NCBI GenBank assembly: GCA_002269645.1
Contig: NIVC01000884.1
Location: 124,001 to 188,000, forward strand
Reading direction: 5' to 3'
Source of the DNA: Macrostomum lignano
Taxonomy: Eukaryota
Length of the DNA stretch: 64,000 nt
A program made the position numbers and the translations under genes. Below, in pieces: positions 46,101 through 59,617 of this stretch. The notes under the pieces are model-generated. The model was not told the origin of the DNA. It ran no database searches and saw only the letters and a list, made by a program, of their open reading frames with translations. Position 1 is the first letter of the stretch. Every line of letters starts with the position of its first letter.

Positions 46101-48334
46101 CCGCCGTTGCCGCTGCTGCTGCCACCGCCGCTGCTGCCTCCTCCAGGAGCATCGGCATCGACCTGCAGCCGGATGAGGAGCCGCTTCGCTGACTCAGCGT
46201 CCTTTATTGCCGCCGGCAGCGCTCTGCGTGCTCGTCGATTTCCGCCCTGCCGGTTTCCGGCGCGGCAGCGACGCTGGCGACGGCGGCGAGGCTGACCGAG
46301 GCTGACGCAATCTGGTTGTCGGCGGTGAACTGGTAGTTGCTGAGCTCGGCGTGCAGGCGGTAGTCCTTGGCCGTGACCTGGGCGGTGGGTGCGGGATTCG
46401 ATTTTAAGACTGTAAGTTCCTCATTATCCCAATGGAGTTCGGCGATAATCCACATTATCCCAATTGAGTTCGGCGATAATCCTCATTATCCCAATTGAGT
46501 TCGGCGATAATCCTCATTATCCAATTGAGTTCGGCAATAATCCTCATCCCGATTGAGTTCGGCGATAATCCTCATTATCCCGATTGAGTTCGGCGATAAT
46601 CCCCATTATCCCAATTGAGTTCGAATGTGCTCATAACTCATAACTCATTTTCGACTCATGTCCCTCTTCACGAAGCCCGAACACCCCACGCACGTGTCCG
46701 CAAAGAGTTTACCTGCCGACCGACTTTCTGATTGTTACGAACCAGGCCTTCCTGCAGCAGGTCCAGAGCCTCCTGCACCAGCTGCTGCTGCTGCTGACTG
46801 CCTCCAGCAGAAGCGGCAACATCAGCCACTGGCACCGGGAGTCGCAGCAGAGTCTGGTTGAATCGCAACGACTCGGCGATGTCTCGAAGTCCTTTGGCGC
46901 CGATTCTGTTGCCGTCCAGTTGCAGCACAACCAGGCTGCTGTTGACGAACAGCGCCTTGGCGAGAACTTTGGCGCTTAATTCGCCGGCGCCATTGTCGGA
47001 GATGTCCAGGCGGGTGAGGTTGTTGCACTCGCCCAGCGCGTTCAGCAGCACACACAGGTTGCGCTCCAGCTTGGCGCCTCTGATTGACAGAGAGGTCAAC
47101 CTCTGAGGTGGGGTCAAAGGGGGGCTCTACTTGCGAGTGTCTCCTTTCTGTAAATCCCCTGTGTCATGTCTCATCTACCTGTGTCATGTCTCATCTACCT
47201 GTGTCATGTCTCATCTACCTGTGTCATGTCTCATCTACTCCTGTCATGTCTCATCTACCTGTGTCATGTCTCATCTACCTGTGTCATGTCTCATCTACTC
47301 CTGTCATGTCTCATCTACCTGTGTCATGTCTCATCTACTTGTGTCATGTCTCATCTACCTGTGTCATGTCTCATCTACCTGTGTCATGTCTCATCTACTT
47401 GTGTCATGTCTCATCTACTTGTGTCATGTCTCATCTACCTGTGTCATGTCTCATCTACTCCTGTCATGTCTCATCTACCTGTGTCATGTCTCATCTACCT
47501 GTGTCATGTCTCATCTACTCCTGTCATGTCTCATCTACCTGTGTCATGTCTCATCTACTTGTGTCATGTCTCATCTACCTGTGTCATGTCTCATCTACCT
47601 GTGTCATGTCTCATCTACTTGTGTCATGTCTCATCTACTTGTGTCATGTCTCATCTACCTGTGTCATGTCTCATCTACTCCTGTCATGTCTCATCTACCT
47701 GTGTCATGTCTCATCTACCTGTGTCATGTCTCATCTACTCCTGTCATGTCTCATCTACTCTTTTCATGTCTTATCTACTCCTGTCATGTCTCATCTACTC
47801 CTGTCATGTCTCATCTACCCCTGTCATGTCTCATCTTTAAGCTTTAATGAAAGGCTCTAATAGAAGTTAAATTTTCATCAATTTTACTTCTCATTTCTGA
47901 TCACTGCCATTCTCTTTCTTGCCCATTTTTACTCTTTTTATAAAAAATTAACCTCCTTCTTTTGTTAATTTTTCCCAAGCCATTAATAAACACCAAAGCA
48001 GCAAGATTTGCTCACGCATTTGTCCTCGGTAACCAGCTCTGAGAACTCCTGTATCATAGACTGATCCCTGAAAATTGGTTTATGGCAAAGCTTGGGTTGA
48101 GAGCAGGGGTAAACAATAAAACCTGTTGCTAACCACAGTGGGTAATAAATTAAGCAATTACTTTTTCGCAAAGCCTCGAAAATTATTGCCTCCAATGGAG
48201 AGGTGCCGAACAGAGGACTTGCGAATGGAATCAACCAACGGGTTCGTGCCCGCACCGAAGTCTGGGTTGGGTCAAAGGTGAACGCATTGTAAATGGGCGA
48301 TCGCTGACTGACTGACTAACGAACTAACTAACTG

Positions 48335-48365
<31 letters not shown>

Positions 48366-48366
48366 G

Positions 48367-48399
<33 letters not shown>

Positions 48400-48459
48400 C
48401 TAACTAACTAACTAGCTAACTAACTAACTAACTAACTATCTAACTAACTAACTAACTAG

Positions 48460-48526
<67 letters not shown>

Positions 48527-51500
48527 GCTAGCTAACTAACTAACTAACTGACTAACTAACTAACTAACTAACTACGAGCGTAACAAACTAACTAAGTAAC
48601 TATGTAACTAACTATCTAACAAGCCTCCCTAACCGTTATCGCTCAGGTCCAGTGACTCCAGCTGGGGCATCTGGTAATTATTGAAGCAGTTCCAGAGAAT
48701 CTGCGCGCCCGAAACGCCGAAGTCGTTCCCGGCCAGCTCAACGCTGAGCTCAGCCGGTTTCGCGCTGTCGCCGCCGCCGCCGCCGCCGCAGCGACTCAGG
48801 CCAATCAGGAGGCTCTCGGCCGCAGCGGCCGGCAGTCGGCAGCGGTTTAGCCGGACCAGACGGAGGCTGCGGCACTCGGCAAAGAGCTCCGCCCAGATGT
48901 CCAAGCGATTGACCGCCGTTGCCGTCGACGCCGCGCCATTTGACGCATCGTCGGCTGTTTTCGACGTGATGCTCGGCTTGCGAACGAACTTGTTGAACAA
49001 GCCCGCGGGGTGCTCATGGCCGGCTTGAGCTGTCGGACAGTACTGATTGCGGCTCAGGTCCAGGTGGGTCAGGCGGTGGGTCAGCTTGAGCAGAACCGGG
49101 GTCAGCTGCGGGGGTCAGTTGGGGTCATCCAAGTTCAAGGCTAATTCTTGGAAACTGAAATAAAATGACTGAAGTGGCAAATGGATCAGCCACTTTTACA
49201 ATCTTGGTTACACTTCTCGAATAGTTCAGTGCTCAAATAAGTGCTCAAACTTGGAGCTAAAATATTGAAACAGAATTACTCACGGGTTCTAAAACTAGTC
49301 CGCAGTCAACGCAGCTCAGGTGCTCGAGGCTGCCAAGTCTAGACAAGTAGTTCTCAAGTCCCTGCAGGTGTGGAAATAAAAAAATCCAGAGTAAAGAAGT
49401 GTTTATTTAAAAAAGTCGATAAAAACAAGAAAAATCAATAAAAAATCAGAACAGAGCAAGGTTGTCTAAACAACAAACAACTAAAAACTTAAAACAATGT
49501 GCACATAAGTATAGGACTAAAAAGCTACATAAATTGAAGGGCAAGGGAAAAATGGGGAATTGAATACTTATAATAATAGGAAGCTTAAGTACTTTAAAGC
49601 ACGGCTTACCAATGATACCAAGTCACTGAATTTGAAAAGGTTTGAACATATTGTTTATGGGAAAGGAACCAACTTTTAATTAATCCTATTTATATTAAGA
49701 AAACATTCGGAGTTTACGTAAAAACTATTTTTAGTACACCTCCTGCCTTATCATCCAGCTGAGTCTATGTCACCCAGCTGAGTCTAATGTCACCCAGCTG
49801 AGTCTAATGTCACGCAGCTGAGTCTAATGTCACCCAGCTGAGTCTAATGTCACCCAGCTGAGTCTAATGTCACCCAGCTGAGTCTAATGTCACCCAGCTG
49901 AGTCTAATGTCACCCAGCTGAGTCTAATGTCACCCAGCTGAGTCTAATGTCACCCAGCTGAATCTAATGTCACCCAGCTGAGTCTAATGTCACCCAGCTG
50001 AGTCTAATGTCACCCAGCTGAGTCTAATGTCACCCAGCTGAGTCTAATGTCACCCAGCTGAATCTAATGTCACCCAGCTGAGTCTAATGTCACCCAGCTG
50101 AATCTAATGTCACCCAGCTGAATCTAATGTCACCCAGCTGAGTCTAATGTCACCCAGCTGAGTCTAATGTCATCCAGCTAAGTCTAATGTCAATCGTAAA
50201 CTTACAACGCCGCCGCCCATGCCACTGCCGCCCAAGCCGCCGCAGCCGTCGATGCACAGGTGCCGTAGAGGCAACGACTGAAAACCAATTAACCTGTCAG
50301 TCAGCAGCTCGAAGCAACGGTTCAATCGTTTCATGAGCAGGCCGCATCGAGCTAGATTCAGCTTCTCCAGGGTGGACGACTGGTGAGCCAGAATCTGGGC
50401 CAGGTTTTCTGGCACACCTGCAACAACCGTGCGATGCCCAAATTTAACAATTAGAAACCATGATTCAGCAATCGAGAACTCTAGCTCACTGATTAGAAAC
50501 CATGATTCAGCAATCGAGAACTCTAGCTCACCGATAAAAAACCATGATTCAGCAATCGAGAACTCTAGCTCACCGATAACAAACCATGATTCAGCAATCG
50601 AGAACTCTAGCTCACCGATTAGAAACCATGATTCAGCAATCGAGAACTCTAGCTCACTGATAAGAAACCATGATTCAGCAATCGAGAACTCTAGCTCACC
50701 GATAACAAACCATGATTCAGCAATCGAGAACTCTAGCTCACCGATTAGAAACCATGATTCAGCAATCAAGAACTCTAGCTCACCGATTAGAAACCATGAT
50801 TCAGCAATCGAGAACTCTAGCTCACTGGTTAGAAACCATGATTCAGCAATCAAGAACTCTAGCTCACCGATTAGAAACCATGATTCAGCAATCGAGAACT
50901 CTAGCTCACCGATTAGAAACCATGATTCAGCAATCGAGAACTCTAGCTCACTGATAACAAACCATGATTCAGCAATCGAGAACTCTAGCTCACTGATTAG
51001 AAACCATGATTCAGCAATCGAGAACTCTAGCTCACTGATAACAAACCATGATTCAGCAATCGAGAACTCTAGCTCACTGATTAGAAACCATGATTCAGCA
51101 ATCGAGAACTCTAGCTCACTGATAACAAACCATGATTCAGCAATCGAGAACTCTAGCTCACTGATAACAAACCATGATTCAGCAATCGAGAACTCTAGCT
51201 CACTGATAACAAACCATGATTCAGCAATCGAGAACTCTAGCTCACTGATTAGAAACCATGATTCAGCAATTAAGAACTCTAGCTCACTGATTAGAAACCA
51301 TGATTCAGCAATCAAGAACTCTAGCTCACTGATTAGAAACCATGATTCAGCAATCGAGAACTCTAGCTCACCGATTAGAAACCATGATTCAGCAATCAAG
51401 AACTCTAGCTCACCGATTAGAAACCATGATTCAGCAATCAAGAACTCTAGCTCACTGATTAGAAACCATGATTCAGCAATTAAGAACTCTAGCTCACTGA

Positions 51501-54500
51501 TAAGAAACCATGATTCAGCAATCGAGAACTCTAGCTCACCGATTAGAAACCATGATTCAGCAATCAAGAACTCTAGCTCACCGATTAGAAACCATGATTC
51601 AGCAATCAAGAACTCTAGCTCACTGATTAGAAACCATGATTCAGCAATTAAGAACTCTAGCTCACTGATAACAAACCATGATTCAGCAATCGAGAACTCT
51701 AGCTCACTGATAACAAACCATGATTCAGCAATCGAGAACTCTAGCTCACTGATTAGAAACCATGATTCAGCAATCGAGAATTCTAGCTCACTGATTAGAA
51801 ACCATGATTCAGCAATTAAGAACTCTAGCTCACTGATTAGAAACCATGATTCAGCAATCAAGAACTCTAGCTCACTGATAACAAACCATGATTCAGCAAT
51901 CAAGAACTCTAGCTCACCGATTAGAAACCATGATTCAGCAATCAAGAACTCTAGCTCACCGATTAGAAACCATGATTCAGCAATCGAGAACTCTAGCTCA
52001 CTGATTAGAAACCATGATTCAGCAATTAAGAACTCTAGCTCACCGATTAGAAACCATGATTCAGCAATCAAGAACTCTAGCTCACTGATTAGAAACCATA
52101 ATTCAGCAATCGAGAACTCTAGCTCACTGATTAGAAACCATGATTCAGCAATCAAGAACTCTAGCTCACTGATAACAAACCATGATTCAGCAATCGAGAA
52201 CTCTAGCTCACCGATTAGAAACCATGATTCAGCAATCGAGAACTCCAGCTCACCGATTAGAAACCATGATTCAGCAATCAAGAACTCTAGCTCACTGATT
52301 AGAAACCAAGATTCAGCAATCGAGAACTCTAGCTCACTGATTAGAAACCATGATTCAGCAATCGAGAACTCTAGCTCACTGATAACAAACCATGATTCAG
52401 CAATCGAGAACTCTAGCTCACTGATAACAAACCATGATTCAGCAATCGAGAACTCTAGCTCACTGATAACAAACCATGATTCAGCAATCGAGAACTCTAG
52501 CTTACTGATAAGAAACCATGATTCAGCAATCGAGAACTCTAGCTCACTGATTAGAAACCATGATTCAGCAATCGAGAACTCTAGCTCACTTGTTAGAAAC
52601 CATGATTCAGCAATCGAGAACTCTAGCTCACTGGTTAGAAACCATGATTCAGCAATCGAGAACTCTAGCTCACTGATAACAAACCATGATTCAGCAATCG
52701 AGAACTCTAGCTCACTAATAACAAACCATGATTCAGCAATCGAGAACTCCAGCTCACCGATTAGAAACCATGATTCAGCAATCAAGAACTCTAGCTCACT
52801 GATTAGAAACCATGATTCAGCAATCGAGAACTCTAGCTCACTGGTTAGAAACCATGATTCAGCAATCGAGAACTCTAGCTCACTAATAACAAACCATGAT
52901 TCAGCAATCGAGAACTCTAGCTCACTGATTAGAAACCATGATTCAGCAATCGAGAACTCTAGCTCACTGATTAGAAACCATGATTCAGCAATCGAGAACT
53001 CTAGCTCACTGGTTAGAAACCATGATTCAGCAATCGAGAACTCTAGCTCACTGATTAGAAACCATGATTCAGCAATCGAGAACTCTAGCTCACTGATTAG
53101 AAACCATGATTCAGCAATTAAGAACTCTAGCTCACTGATTAGAAACCATGATTCAGCAATCAAGAACTCTAGCTCACTGATAACAAACCATGATTCAGCA
53201 ATCAAGAACTCTAGCTCACCGATTAGAAACCATGATTCAGCAATCAAGAACTCTAGCTCACCGATTAGAAACCATGATTCAGCAATCGAGAACTCTAGCT
53301 CACTGATTAGAAACCATGATTCAGCAATTAAGAACTCTAGCTCACCGATTAGAAACCATGATTCAGCAATCAAGAACTCTAGCTCACTGATTAGAAACCA
53401 TAATTCAGCAATCGAGAACTCTAGCTCACTGATTAGAAACCATGATTCAGCAATCAAGAACTCTAGCTCACTGATAACAAACCATGATTCAGCAATCGAG
53501 AACTCTAGCTCACCGATTAGAAACCATGATTCAGCAATCGAGAACTCCAGCTCACCGATTAGAAACCATGATTCAGCAATCAAGAACTCTAGCTCACTGA
53601 TTAGAAACCAAGATTCAGCAATCGAGAACTCTAGCTCACTGATTAGAAACCATGATTCAGCAATCGAGAACTCTAGCTCACTGATAACAAACCATGATTC
53701 AGCAATCGAGAACTCTAGCTCACTGATAACAAACCATGATTCAGCAATCGAGAACTCTAGCTCACTGATAACAAACCATGATTCAGCAATCGAGAACTCT
53801 AGCTTACTGATAAGAAACCATGATTCAGCAATCGAGAACTCTAGCTCACTGATTAGAAACCATGATTCAGCAATCGAGAACTCTAGCTCACTGGTTAGAA
53901 ACCATGATTCAGCAATCGAGAACTCTAGCTCACTGGTTAGAAACCATGATTCAGCAATCGAGAACTCTAGCTCACTGATAACAAACCATGATTCAGCAAT
54001 CGAGAACTCTAGCTCACTGATAACAAACCATGATTCAGCAATCGAGAACTCTAGCTCACTGATAACAAACCATGATTCAGCAATCGAGAACTCTAGCTTA
54101 CTGATAAGAAACCATGATTCAGCAATCGAGAACTCTAGCTCACTGATTAGAAACCATGATTCAGCAATCGAGAACTCCAGCTCACCGATTAGAAACCATG
54201 ATTCAGCAATCGAGAACTCTAGCTCACTGATAACAAACCATGATTCAGCAATCGAGAACTCTAGCTCACTGATAACAAACCATGATTCAGCAATCGAGAA
54301 CTCTAGCTCACTGATAACAAACCATGATTCAGCAATCGAGAACTCTAGCTCACTGATAACAAACCATGATTCAGCAATCGAGAACTCTAGACACATCGGT
54401 AAGAAGCTTAGCACTTCTAATTAAATTCTGCATCCTTTTGATGAATCAAGGTTAACAACGTACCTTTATCGTCTCCATCAAATTTATTGTCCGATAAGTC

Positions 54501-56193
54501 CAAATCCGTGAGTTTGAGGCCTGAATTCTTCTCTACTGCACTAGCAAATGCTCGGAGAAAGTCGCTAAAATAGTGCAAGCACATATTAATATTAAAAAAT
54601 GTGTATTAAAGTCTAACTTTGGTGCATAATACATCGTTCGTGGTTCTTACTTTTTCAAATTGCACCCAGAGAGAAGCAGCTGGTTTAGAGTGACGTTGTA
54701 AGTGAGCAGAAACCCGACGCTCTTTATGAACTGCGAAGGCAAACCGTTGTGGTAGTAGCGTATAAAACTATTGATATTAATGACTAGCTTGGATGGTAGG
54801 CAATCGCTTTTCTGAAGGATAGATAACTGTTGACACACTGAGATGTGTTTCTAATAACGTAACTCTTAATGAAGAGATTTACCTCGGTCAAAAAGTTCCG
54901 ATAGTAACTGCATATCAAATGCGTATTTTTCTTGTAGTTTTAAAAGTACACTACGGAGATCGGAAGTTTTCATTTTTCAGCACAAAATTGTTATTGCTTT
55001 CGATAGGAGGCAGATCCAATGTTCATCTTTTGATATGTTGTGCCTTTCTTATAGCTCTATTGATATTCATAAAGCTTTTCGTTCAGAATTGGAATTCTAT
55101 GTTTAATTTTTTATTCTACGTACAATTTGCTGTACCTTAAAATCATAAAAAAGCATTGCGGGAAAAGTTCGGCAGGAAAATCTCGGCGGGCAATTCGATA
55201 ACAAACCATGATTCAGCAATCGCATTTTGAGCTTGTGAAACGCACGCACGCCCCCCGCCAGAGAAGACAGGCCATTTCCAGATGAAACTTACGAAGCTGT
55301 CGCTCAGTCGAACTCCCGAGCAATCCAGACCATTAAAATAGTCGTTAAACGCCAGCGCGCCAAGCACTGCAGAGAATTCTTCCTGCTTGGAATCCGAGAA
55401 ATCTCTCAGGCAAAAGGTGTGCGTGCCCTGCGAAAAATAGATCGTGTCCACGTCCCATTTGATCTCGGGTTGTGCCGTCACGCCTAGGTAGCTCGAGTAC
55501 AGATCGTAGGCCGAAGCGAAGTGGCCGCACTTGTCCGATATGGCCTGTGATTGGACTAAGGAGGTACCCAGCTCGGCGATGAGCACCTCCAGCATCCACC
55601 TGTTGGGCAGGCTGACTTCCACTAGGCGATTGCCCACCTGGGGCAGGTGCATTCGCAGGCAGGCCGTAACGTGGGCGACAATCTTGGCGCAGTCATTCTC
55701 CAGGCTGCAGGAAAACTGCAGCCCGTCGCCGACGCTGCCGTCGGGAGAGGCCACGCCGAATTCTATGCGGCAGGCGTTGGTTTCGGGTACACGGATCCGG
55801 CGCAGGTCCAGGAAGGGCACACACCGTTCCAGTTGGTGCGGTAACTTCGCGTTGCCGCCAGGCTGACTGAGCACGTGAAGACGGTCCAGGAAAAATACCT
55901 GACGGGTTGTAAAAGGGGGAGTACCCAGGTTCGAGTCAGGTTCGGCACATTGGAGCCAACCCGCCCCCCCCCCCCCCAGGAAAAGCCGTATGTACCAAGC
56001 CTGACAATGAGAAATTCCCAATCCTTCTGTACAGCCTGTGTAAGCGTGTATCTGCGTATGATCTGATGATCTGCGTCCTGAATGATGTCTCAAGCTTATC
56101 AACGCGCCAGCGACCTGTTTTGCCGTCGGCGACTTCAGCTGACACAGAGAAGGCCTGGTGATATCCTGACGCTGCAGTTATTTTTTCACCCAT
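43139..56193 (-). CDS. CARMIL: CARMIL (capping protein, Arp2/3 and myosin-I linker; LRRC16A-like)
   Basis: Exons 55898-55293 (WDVDTIY motif), 54730-54651, about 54562-54465, 50417-50206, 49361-49284, 49105-48634, 48261-48162, 48067-48016, 47102-46713, 46377-45837, 44582-44513 and 44044-43139, with consistent GT-AG phases. LRRs align to CARMIL1 (LDISDNG..AK.LAKAL..N). CPI-like motif and Pro-rich tail present. 5' exon uncertain; one 1-nt frameshift at 46213-46214. Confidence 0.9.
44110..44415. repeat. About 13-bp intronic minisatellite (GAGATGAGTGTCC)
   Basis: Tandem variants. Confidence 0.85.
44680..45802. repeat. 24-bp intronic minisatellite (GTGACACCGAGTGTGACAAAGGGA)
   Basis: Tandem units with an internal block duplication. 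Confidence 0.95.
46420..46622. repeat. 31-bp intronic minisatellite with GATAAT-nnnn-ATTATC hairpin
   Basis: GAGTTC recurs every 31 nt. Confidence 0.9.
47160..47836. repeat. 20-bp intronic minisatellite (GTGTCATGTCTCATCTACCT)
   Basis: Tandem units. Confidence 0.95.
48303..48620. repeat. (CTAA)n intronic microsatellite
   Basis: Reverse complement of the TTAG repeat. Confidence 0.95.
49755..50192. repeat. 20-bp intronic minisatellite (GTCACCCAGCTGAGTCTAAT)
   Basis: Tandem units. Confidence 0.95.
50448..54390. repeat. 42-bp intronic VNTR, about 94 units, with 1302-bp higher-order duplication
   Basis: Unit TAGAAACCATGATTCAGCAATCGAGAACTCTAGCTCACTGAT. Rare variants recur 1302 nt apart (52100/53402 and 52309/53611). 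Confidence 0.97.
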
Positions 56194-58429
56194 TAACAGT
56201 GCATTTTTTTCTGTTGTTGTTTTCTGTGATTTTTATTGTTTTATTGTTATTGTAGGTAGATGTTTTCGTTGTTGAATTGTTTTTGATGTTGTACGTCGCA
56301 ATAATTTTCTGATTAACTCTTAGTGCTGTCGGCGAAACGGCAAAATTGCCACATACAATCGATAATTATCAGGTGTTTATCGCCTGACATGGTTGCACTG
56401 ACCAAGAGAAAAAGAACGATGTTGCTGCATGCACCTGAGTCATGTGGAAGCCAAATTATACGGAGAAATCAAGAGAAGGTATAGCATCATCGATAGTTGT
56501 GTGTATGCAGGTGCATTTCCCAGGCCACCTGTCCATAAACTTTCAGAGTAGAAATACGCTCGTAGTCTTAGAAAATGAAACTTAAAATGTATTTTCCTTT
56601 TCCTTGACAGGAAGACAATACTGCAGCAAACCTCATCACTATAACTAGCTAATTAAGTTGTCAAAAAAAATCGGTAAAATTAAAAAACAAATTGAAATGA
56701 AACTTAAGAAACTGCGAGAACGAGCTACGCTATATGCTATAATATAAATGTATGGAAGTTCGGAATGCGCCTGTGTTAATACGGGTGCAGCGCAATAGAA
56801 TTTGGCTACATAATAGGTAGGAAGGAACGAGAACCTGTCTGTCATGCAGTTTACAATAATAAATTTCCATAATTAGTCTCAGAAATAAACTAAAACTTGA
56901 TACATAGTTTCGAGTGCAGAGCAAGTTTCCTAAACTCATTAACTTTAAGCAACTTGCATTTCTATACAATTACATTGGAATGCCATTGCAACTTAAATGG
57001 TTTGTCAACTGAAAGTTAAGTAAGCTTCTATATAGTGTTTAAAAAAATAACGATATAGTCGCTTCGAAATACAACCAAAATACTCGTAATACGTCTGAAC
57101 TCATAATTAAGAGTACAGGGTTCTTTATCACCAGCCCTGATTTGACCGCTAGCAATTTTGAATAGGGTTCAACCGTTCAAGCTCAAGGGTTAGGGTCACT
57201 TTGTCAATTTGTGCCCCCACCCCGTAAGCTAGTTGGCAGTCAAATGTCGCCCCTTAAACAGAAGGGGCCAGTAATCTTATAGAAAGAAAAGCCCCGAATC
57301 CAATGTACATTTGGATCCGCGGAAAGACACTTTCCCTTCCCACCTCAACCTAAAAATCGCGACACCCCCAAATGAACTGTACACCAACGCAGTGTACATT
57401 TCCAGAGATAGAGATCTCACGCACACGCGGTCAAGAGTTTCGCATCCTGTAATTCTTACTGATAGTGAAAAATCGATAATATTGTTTAGCCTCCACGAGA
57501 AGCCCACTGTGGGCCCGACATAGTCGCAAGACTGTATTAAACTGATATATAGGCAATATACATGTATTCATTTTCATATACTAAAAATCTTTTCGTAACT
57601 ATTTTTATGAAGTGTGCTAAATTAATTATAGGTTTACAGCATACTAGCAGCATACTTATCTCTCTTACCAGTATTTTTGTCTGCTGAGTAGTAGCCTTTT
57701 TTATAATAACTTCACAATGCACCGTAACCCTGAAGTGCTCTTTGTCCATGATTGTTTACTGTGTTAGATCCTTGTATGTAGCACACTTGTCGCTGCTACT
57801 CAGCTTTAAGAATGTAGCTCTCTATAGTTTAAGTGGCCGTCTGCTTCTGCAACGGATTAAAAGGATAAAGAAAGTAAATAGATTGGCTAACAGTTTGTTA
57901 ACTTTGTAGGAATGGATATCTGCAAACGTCTGAAAATATGCAACTCTGTAATTGGATGTCTTTTATATTAACTAAATTAACAAGCAGATCCTGTATTCTA
58001 TGGTGTACGCTGTACAAGTTGTATTTAAAACTCTGCGTACATTGTTGCCAGCTATAAAGGCACTATTGTAGTTACCTCAACAATTTTAATTACCCGTCCT
58101 AAGTCTCAGCGTTCATTATTGTTTGCCTGCTTGCAAAGACATTGCATGCTGTTCATTCTATTTGCGTCTAAGTCTCGTATCTAGTCTCTCCTCGCGTCAA
58201 CGGGGGTTAGCCTATAAAATGCACTGTTCTACTCGCACATCTACACGAGTAACCGACGAACAAAAGACCCAGCATCAGGAACAGAAAAACCACCGTACAA
58301 ACGCACAAAAATCTGAGCACACCAACAAAACCCCGTGACTACCTGTAATCCTACAATTTAGCCACTGTGTGAAAAAGCTTTACGAAACACCTTCGTAACC
58401 GTAGCCTGAGGGGCAGCGTAGCTGAGCCG

Positions 58430-58635
58430 CAAACGAGTCTGGCGCCAACCATCAAGGCACAGAGACTCTACATGCCTGAAGATTATAAAATCAGCGCCGA
58501 TGTACACCCTGTGGAAGCGTGTGTGTGAGTGCGTGTCTGAGTTCAGCATTGGCGCGCTTATATATGTGCTCAGGAATCGCCTCAATCCTGGTTATGGCCT
58601 ATGGGACGATGTCGCCAAAGGCCTTGCGCCGGGAG
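58430..58635 (+). mobile_element. Diverged SINE family A-related body
   Basis: Shares CCAACC..CAAGGC, TACATGCCT, TGTACAC, TGCTCAGG and GAC.ATGTCGC blocks with 12311-12635. Confidence 0.55.
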
Positions 58636-59617
58636 CCCACAGACTTTAATCTTAACAACTCAACCCGAACGATTAACCCAAACCTAAAAAAATTGTCGGT
58701 ACTCCAATTGGGTCAGTCAAATGTCGGGAATTGCACTGATTTACGAAGCTCAGAGGGGAAGCGAAATCTCGTGCCTCTGATAACTAAAGTTTTACCAATA
58801 TCTTAACAGCTACAGAACTCAAAATCTATTTAATACTATAAAAAATCAAAGAATATGAATGAACGATTTTTTGAGCAAAGCATACGCACAGATTCAGTAT
58901 GCTACTAAATATGCTACTAAAAAAAGACAAATGCATTTTTAGTAACAAAAAAGCAGTTCTGCAGTTTGTACAAAGGAAAGGATAACATAATTAGCTTCAG
59001 TTGAAAAAAGGCAGTAAAAAGATGACATAAACAGTTACTAAAAAACTACCACGTAGCAAATATTGCATGGGAGATTAACGTGTTGTCACGATAAAACAAA
59101 TGTGATTAAAAGCTTAATTAAACTATTAAAAAGTAAATAAAATAAGACTTCTTTCAGCCCCCTTGAGTACAGCTTTAGCGTCCCTAGGGTTGCTGCCGAT
59201 GGTGCTGATGCTCAGGGGCGTCGCCACGGGGGTAAACAGGGCGGAATCCCCCCACCCCACCTTGTGATCCGTTATGGAAATCAATAATTTTTTGCTTCGT
59301 GGCGCCACAATATAGCGCCTTCGGCGCCCGAATGGAGGCCTGCGGCGCTAAAAAGGGTGCTAGAAACACTGATTCCCAAATCAATGTAGGAATTTAAGTC
59401 ATGCAGACATTTTCGGCCAAAAATCCATGGCGACGCCCCCGCAGTGGTGCTCCTGACCCGGGCAACCCTTCAAATGAAACGGCAAATCAAATAAACAAAG
59501 CGCACCCCTCCAGTGAAAGATCTGGATGGCATGCCGAGTGGTTCCTTCAAACAATACGCGTATTTTGATAGAATCACTAGAATTATCATGAAGTAGGAAA
59601 TTTTTTGAGCACAATCT

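Noticed and set aside
50170-54424. 1414-aa and 1331-aa ORFs as real giant repeat proteins
   Set aside because: They lie inside a CARMIL intron bounded by good splice sites; openness follows from a stop-free 42-bp unit. Kept only as an exonisation hypothesis.
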